DNA of 61,519 nt, filler included, from Coriobacteriales bacterium (GTDB lineage: Bacteria > Actinomycetota > Coriobacteriia > Coriobacteriales > UBA8131), in assembly GCA_031263105.1 (NCBI GenBank). It is 7 parts of 7 records of this genome, joined end to end, with 100 filler letters (N's around TTAATTAATTAA, not from the genome) between each part and the next. Parts side by side here need not be neighbours in the genome. Positions count along the whole stretch, not along the records: positions 57,968 to 61,519 come from JAISGJ010000226.1; 6 more parts are not named here. The stretch is one strand, 5' to 3'. Shown here one piece after another: positions 57,968 through 61,519 of this stretch. Positions within the stretch are counted from its first letter, which is position 1. Every line of letters starts with the position of its first letter. The notes beneath the pieces were generated by a model. That model was not told the origin of the DNA, made no database searches, and saw only the letters and a list, made by a program, of their open reading frames with translations. Position numbers and translations under genes: made by a program.

Positions 57968-59299
57968 TGCGCCGGGAGCGAGGGGGTCGAAAGCGCCACA
58001 GGGCTGGAAGTCGACGGGGAGGTCGGCGAAGCCGCCAAGACCCTCTGGGGAGACAGGCTCGACGTCATCGTCGGGGACTTCGCACAAACGCTGCCTGTCG
58101 GGCCCGCGGCGAATCTCCTCATCAGCAACCCGCCCTACGTCCGTCACCATTACATCAACAGCCTCAACAAGGAGGCAATGCAGCGGGCCGTCGCGGGGTC
58201 GCTCGGCATCAAGGTTTCCGGCCTTGCGGGCCTGTACTGCTACTTCATGCTGCTCGCCCATGAATGGCTCGACGACGGCGCCGTCTCGGGCTGGCTTGTT
58301 CCCAGCGAGTTCATGGATGTCAACTACGGCTCGGCGCTCAAGGAATACCTGCTGGACAAGGTGCGGCTGCTGAGAATACACCGCTATGACCCCACATCCG
58401 TACAGTTCGACGACGCGCTCGTGTCCTCGGCGGTGGTCTGGTTCTCGAAAGAAGCCACCGACGACGATTACGAGGTCGAGTTCTCCTTCGGAGGGACGCT
58501 CGATGCCCCGGCGCTCACCAAGCACATAAAGAAGAGCTCACTGAGGGCCGAGCGCAAATGGACTCGGTTCCCAGAAAACGGGGTCAGGGCGAGCAATACG
58601 TCGAGCCTGCGCCTCAAGGACGCCTTCTCGGTCAAACGGGGCATCGCCACCGGGGATAACGGCTTCTTCATCCTCGACAGGGCAAGGATAGGGCAGTACG
58701 GTCTGCGGTTCGACTATCTTACGCCTGTCCTGCCCAGTCCCCGCCATCTCGACGTGACGGAAGTCTTCGCCGACGATGACGGGTACCCGGCAATCGAGAA
58801 CCCCTTGTTCCTCATCAACTGCAAGCTTCCTGAGCATCAGATAGAGGCCCTGTATCCCGAGCTGCATGATTATCTGCAAACGGGCATCAAAAGCGTCTCG
58901 GACAGATATCTCTGCAAGAGCAAATGCCTCTGGTATCAGCAGGAGCAGCGTGACCCGGCACCCCTTCTCTGCACCTACATGGGGAGAGGGACGAAGAACT
59001 CACGGCTGCCTTTCCGCTTCATCCTCAACCACTCAAAGGCGATTGCAACAAACTCCTACCTCATGCTGTACCCGAAACCCGCTCGCCACGGCGCACGCAC
59101 ATATGACGACGCCACGATCAAGAGAGTCTGGAAAGAGCTCAACGCCCTGCCGCCCAGCGCACTGACAAGCGAGGGCAGGGTCTACGGCGGCGGCCTACGG
59201 AAGATCGAGCCAAGGGAGCTTGGCGAGGTCGTCTGCGCCTCGTGTTTCGAGCCGCATCACGAGCCGCCCCAGCTGCAGCTGTTCGAGGCAGCCGGATAG
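57968..59299 (+). CDS. N6-adenine DNA methyltransferase (gamma/TaqI-like), 5' truncated
   Basis: Frame is open from the contig start; ISNPPYVRHH at about 58121-58150, LVPSEF, RGIATGDNGFF, RVYGGGLRKIEP. Confidence 0.9.
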   Translation, partial: CAGSEGVESATGLEVDGEVGEAAKTLWGDRLDVIVGDFAQTLPVGPAANLLISNPPYVRHHYINSLNKEAMQRAVAGSLGIKVSGLAGLYCYFMLLAHEWLDDGAVSGWLVPSEFMDVNYGSALKEYLLDKVRLLRIHRYDPTSVQFDDALVSSAVVWFSKEATDDDYEVEFSFGGTLDAPALTKHIKKSSLRAERKWTRFPENGVRASNTSSLRLKDAFSVKRGIATGDNGFFILDRARIGQYGLRFDYLTPVLPSPRHLDVTEVFADDDGYPAIENPLFLINCKLPEHQIEALYPELHDYLQTGIKSVSDRYLCKSKCLWYQQEQRDPAPLLCTYMGRGTKNSRLPFRFILNHSKAIATNSYLMLYPKPARHGARTYDDATIKRVWKELNALPPSALTSEGRVYGGGLRKIEPRELGEVVCASCFEPHHEPPQLQLFEAAG

Positions 59300-59375
59300 C
59301 AAGGGGCAGAGGCGCCCGGCGCATGTGGGTATGCGGACGAAGGCCTGGTGGGAGCGCCTGTATCCCTGTCTCTTT

Positions 59376-61519
59376 TCACTCGCGCCCTCCTTGGAGTTTG
59401 ACGAGGAAGTTGTAGAGGGCGCTGATGGCGAAGCAGATGACCCCGCCACCGATGAACGCCACCACGCGCATGAGGGAGTTCACGTCGCCGATGTCCAAGA
59501 CCGCGAGCTTGAGGACGCAGGCGACGAGCACGACCAGCCCCGTCAGGCGCAGGGAGCGTGCCCGCGACCAGAAGCCGAGGGCGACCACGAGCAGGGCGGT
59601 GACCATGCAGACGAGGCTCAGCACGTAGGGCAGCTCCGACCAGTCGGCCAGGCTGTTGACGGTTCCCACGATCAGCAGGAAGAAGGCCAGCGCGGTGAAG
59701 GCCTCCGTGTCGCTTCGCGCGGCGGGACGGCCCTTGCGCAGGTCCGCCGCCGAACGTATCGCCATCTGCCGCACCCGCTCGAGCATCAGCGCCAGACAGG
59801 CCAGGACGAGCAGGGCGCGCACCGCAAGGAACACCGCGTCGTCATTCGAGTCGAAGGTCTGGAGGAAGGCGAGCAGCACCAGCGCGTACTCGTTGACGCG
59901 GTAAGCCTGAAGGGGGGCGTCCCTGCCCGCAAAATGAACGGCCCCGAGTGCTGCGGCGCAGAGGAGCAGGGCCAAGACGAAGGCGGCATTGTAGCTCGTT
60001 TGCAAGGCGACCGCGCACAGCGAGACCTCGAGGTAGACCAGCATGACGAAGCCGAACAGCGACCCGTGGCGGACTCGCCGCTCAGCCGGAAGGCCCCGGT
60101 ACGCAAGCCAGAGCAGCACCCCCATGAGCGCGAGGTAGCCGAGCGAGGGGCCGATGGGGGCAAGGCCCTCCAGCCTCCCGTAGCCCACCGTCACCATGAA
60201 GAACGCATCGATCCCGATTGCGAGGGCCGCCAGATAGCCGTACAGCCCGTCGCGTGTGAGCCTCTGCACGAGGATGAGCAGAACCGCAGGCACGACGAGA
60301 TACAGAAGCCCCGGAGCGGCACCTAGGGAAAGATTGCCGGCCTGGCAAGCCAAGAGCCGCCAGAAACAGAGGAAGCACAGATAGAGGGCGGACAGGCAGA
60401 CGGTGGCCCGCTCCATCGCCTGCGAGAAGCCCAGGGCCCGTCGCAGACGAAGCGTCAGCAGGACAAGGGCACCTACGAGCACGAGGAGCACGAGGCTTGC
60501 GACGGCCGATGTCTGCTCGAACGGCACCATGCTTATGCCCACTCCCGCGCCCGTGCCCATGCCCCAGACGATGAGCGCTCCGACGTCGAGCGTGAGCGCA
60601 CCCAGCCAGAGCAGCATCGTGAGCGCCTGGAGCATCCCCTGCGTGCCGCTGTGCTTGACGCGCGAGCTGGACACGAGGAGCAGATACGCAAGAACGGTCG
60701 CGCCGACGAACTGCGTGAGGAAATAGATCACGTCCGGGGCAGCAGGCATGACCCCGAAAGCACCAAGATCCCGCAGCAGGAGACGCATCCAGAAGGTCAA
60801 CGACGAGAAGAAGGTCACGCCTTTGAGCAGGGTATGCGCCCAGAACACCACCGACGCGAAGAAGGAGACCGCCAGGCTCGCATACAGCCCGAAGCGGTAG
60901 GTCTTGCGGTAGCACAGGATATTCCCTACCACGATAACTGCGGTCGCAGCCATCTGATACGCGAGGACCAGCATCATCCTGTCGCTGCCGGCGCCCATCA
61001 TCAGACAGGCGGCGTTGACCGAGATGACCATGCCGACGTGCGTGACGATGGCGACGAGGAGCGACTGGGTCGCCTTGGTCAGGGCGAAGCACAGGGCCAG
61101 CCAGGCGAGAAGCAGCACGAGCGCGACCAGGTCGTTCAAGGCGTGGAACCACAGGTGCGTGAGCATGATGGAGATGAAGAGGGCCCCGCAGCCGGTGCCG
61201 AGCAGCGCCTTGGTGAAGTTGTTGTGGTGCCTGCGGTTGAGGATGAAGCCGGAGACGACCAAAAGGGTGCTGAGGAGGAACAGCGCGGCGATCTTGAGGG
61301 CATCGGTCAGGAGAGGCACCACAAGGAAGCCGAGGAACACCAGGCCGAAGAACACCAGCACGGAGGCGACGATGCCGATGACATTGCGGCCGAACAGCGT
61401 CTCAAGGGAGGGAGGCTGGGCGGAGGTGTGGGGAGGCGGGAAAGGCTGATGCGCGGACTGAGGATGGGGAGCGAGATGGGGCTGGGGGGCGGGGTACGGG
61501 GCCGCAGGTTGAGGCTGGG
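59376..61519 (-). CDS. DUF2339-like polytopic membrane protein, 5' truncated by the window
   Basis: Frame is open to the window edge (Pro/Gln-rich linker, then LETLFGRNVIGIVASVLVF); many TM helices; C-terminal KLAVLD...RVVAFIGGG. Confidence 0.8.
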   Translation of the reverse strand, partial: QPQPAAPYPAPQPHLAPHPQSAHQPFPPPHTSAQPPSLETLFGRNVIGIVASVLVFFGLVFLGFLVVPLLTDALKIAALFLLSTLLVVSGFILNRRHHNNFTKALLGTGCGALFISIMLTHLWFHALNDLVALVLLLAWLALCFALTKATQSLLVAIVTHVGMVISVNAACLMMGAGSDRMMLVLAYQMAATAVIVVGNILCYRKTYRFGLYASLAVSFFASVVFWAHTLLKGVTFFSSLTFWMRLLLRDLGAFGVMPAAPDVIYFLTQFVGATVLAYLLLVSSSRVKHSGTQGMLQALTMLLWLGALTLDVGALIVWGMGTGAGVGISMVPFEQTSAVASLVLLVLVGALVLLTLRLRRALGFSQAMERATVCLSALYLCFLCFWRLLACQAGNLSLGAAPGLLYLVVPAVLLILVQRLTRDGLYGYLAALAIGIDAFFMVTVGYGRLEGLAPIGPSLGYLALMGVLLWLAYRGLPAERRVRHGSLFGFVMLVYLEVSLCAVALQTSYNAAFVLALLLCAAALGAVHFAGRDAPLQAYRVNEYALVLLAFLQTFDSNDDAVFLAVRALLVLACLALMLERVRQMAIRSAADLRKGRPAARSDTEAFTALAFFLLIVGTVNSLADWSELPYVLSLVCMVTALLVVALGFWSRARSLRLTGLVVLVACVLKLAVLDIGDVNSLMRVVAFIGGGVICFAISALYNFLVKLQGGRE

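Overview
The window is not one continuous locus. It consists of seven contigs of a high-GC bacterium joined by six artificial 100-nt N/TTAATTAATTAA/N spacers. The 16S 5' end and the gene content look like Coriobacteriia. Contents: (1) the 5' end and promoter of a 16S rRNA gene, a lower-GC islet (toxin remnant, immunity-like ORFs, MarR, DUF4928-like gene plus C5 methyltransferase), and a Tat-exported xanthine-dehydrogenase-family molybdoenzyme operon with a MalT-like regulator; (2) an amino-sugar / GT2 / SMR-flippase / YfhO surface glycosylation cluster containing an LpxD-like acyltransferase; (3) an HTH-HipA-like kinase, an XRE regulator and an FHA - pseudo-lipase/vWA - PP2C - gingipain(C25)/vWA membrane operon; (4) M42 peptidase, smpB, an iron-siderophore ABC transporter, Fic and RhuM; (5) an agmatine deiminase operon; (6) murD-ftsW-murG; (7) an N6-adenine methyltransferase and a DUF2339-like protein. 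The strongest unexplained signal is a dispersed non-coding palindromic element with about 14 copies or fragments. Its ends read GTTAC-N(0-7)-TCACACC ... GGTGTGA-N-GTAAC, several intact copies are flanked by 8-bp target-site duplications, and its REP-like cores are interchangeable. Its arms are often tandemly amplified, and it has inserted into gene 3' ends. No transposase is visible in the window. All calls come from reading motifs by eye; no database search was run.
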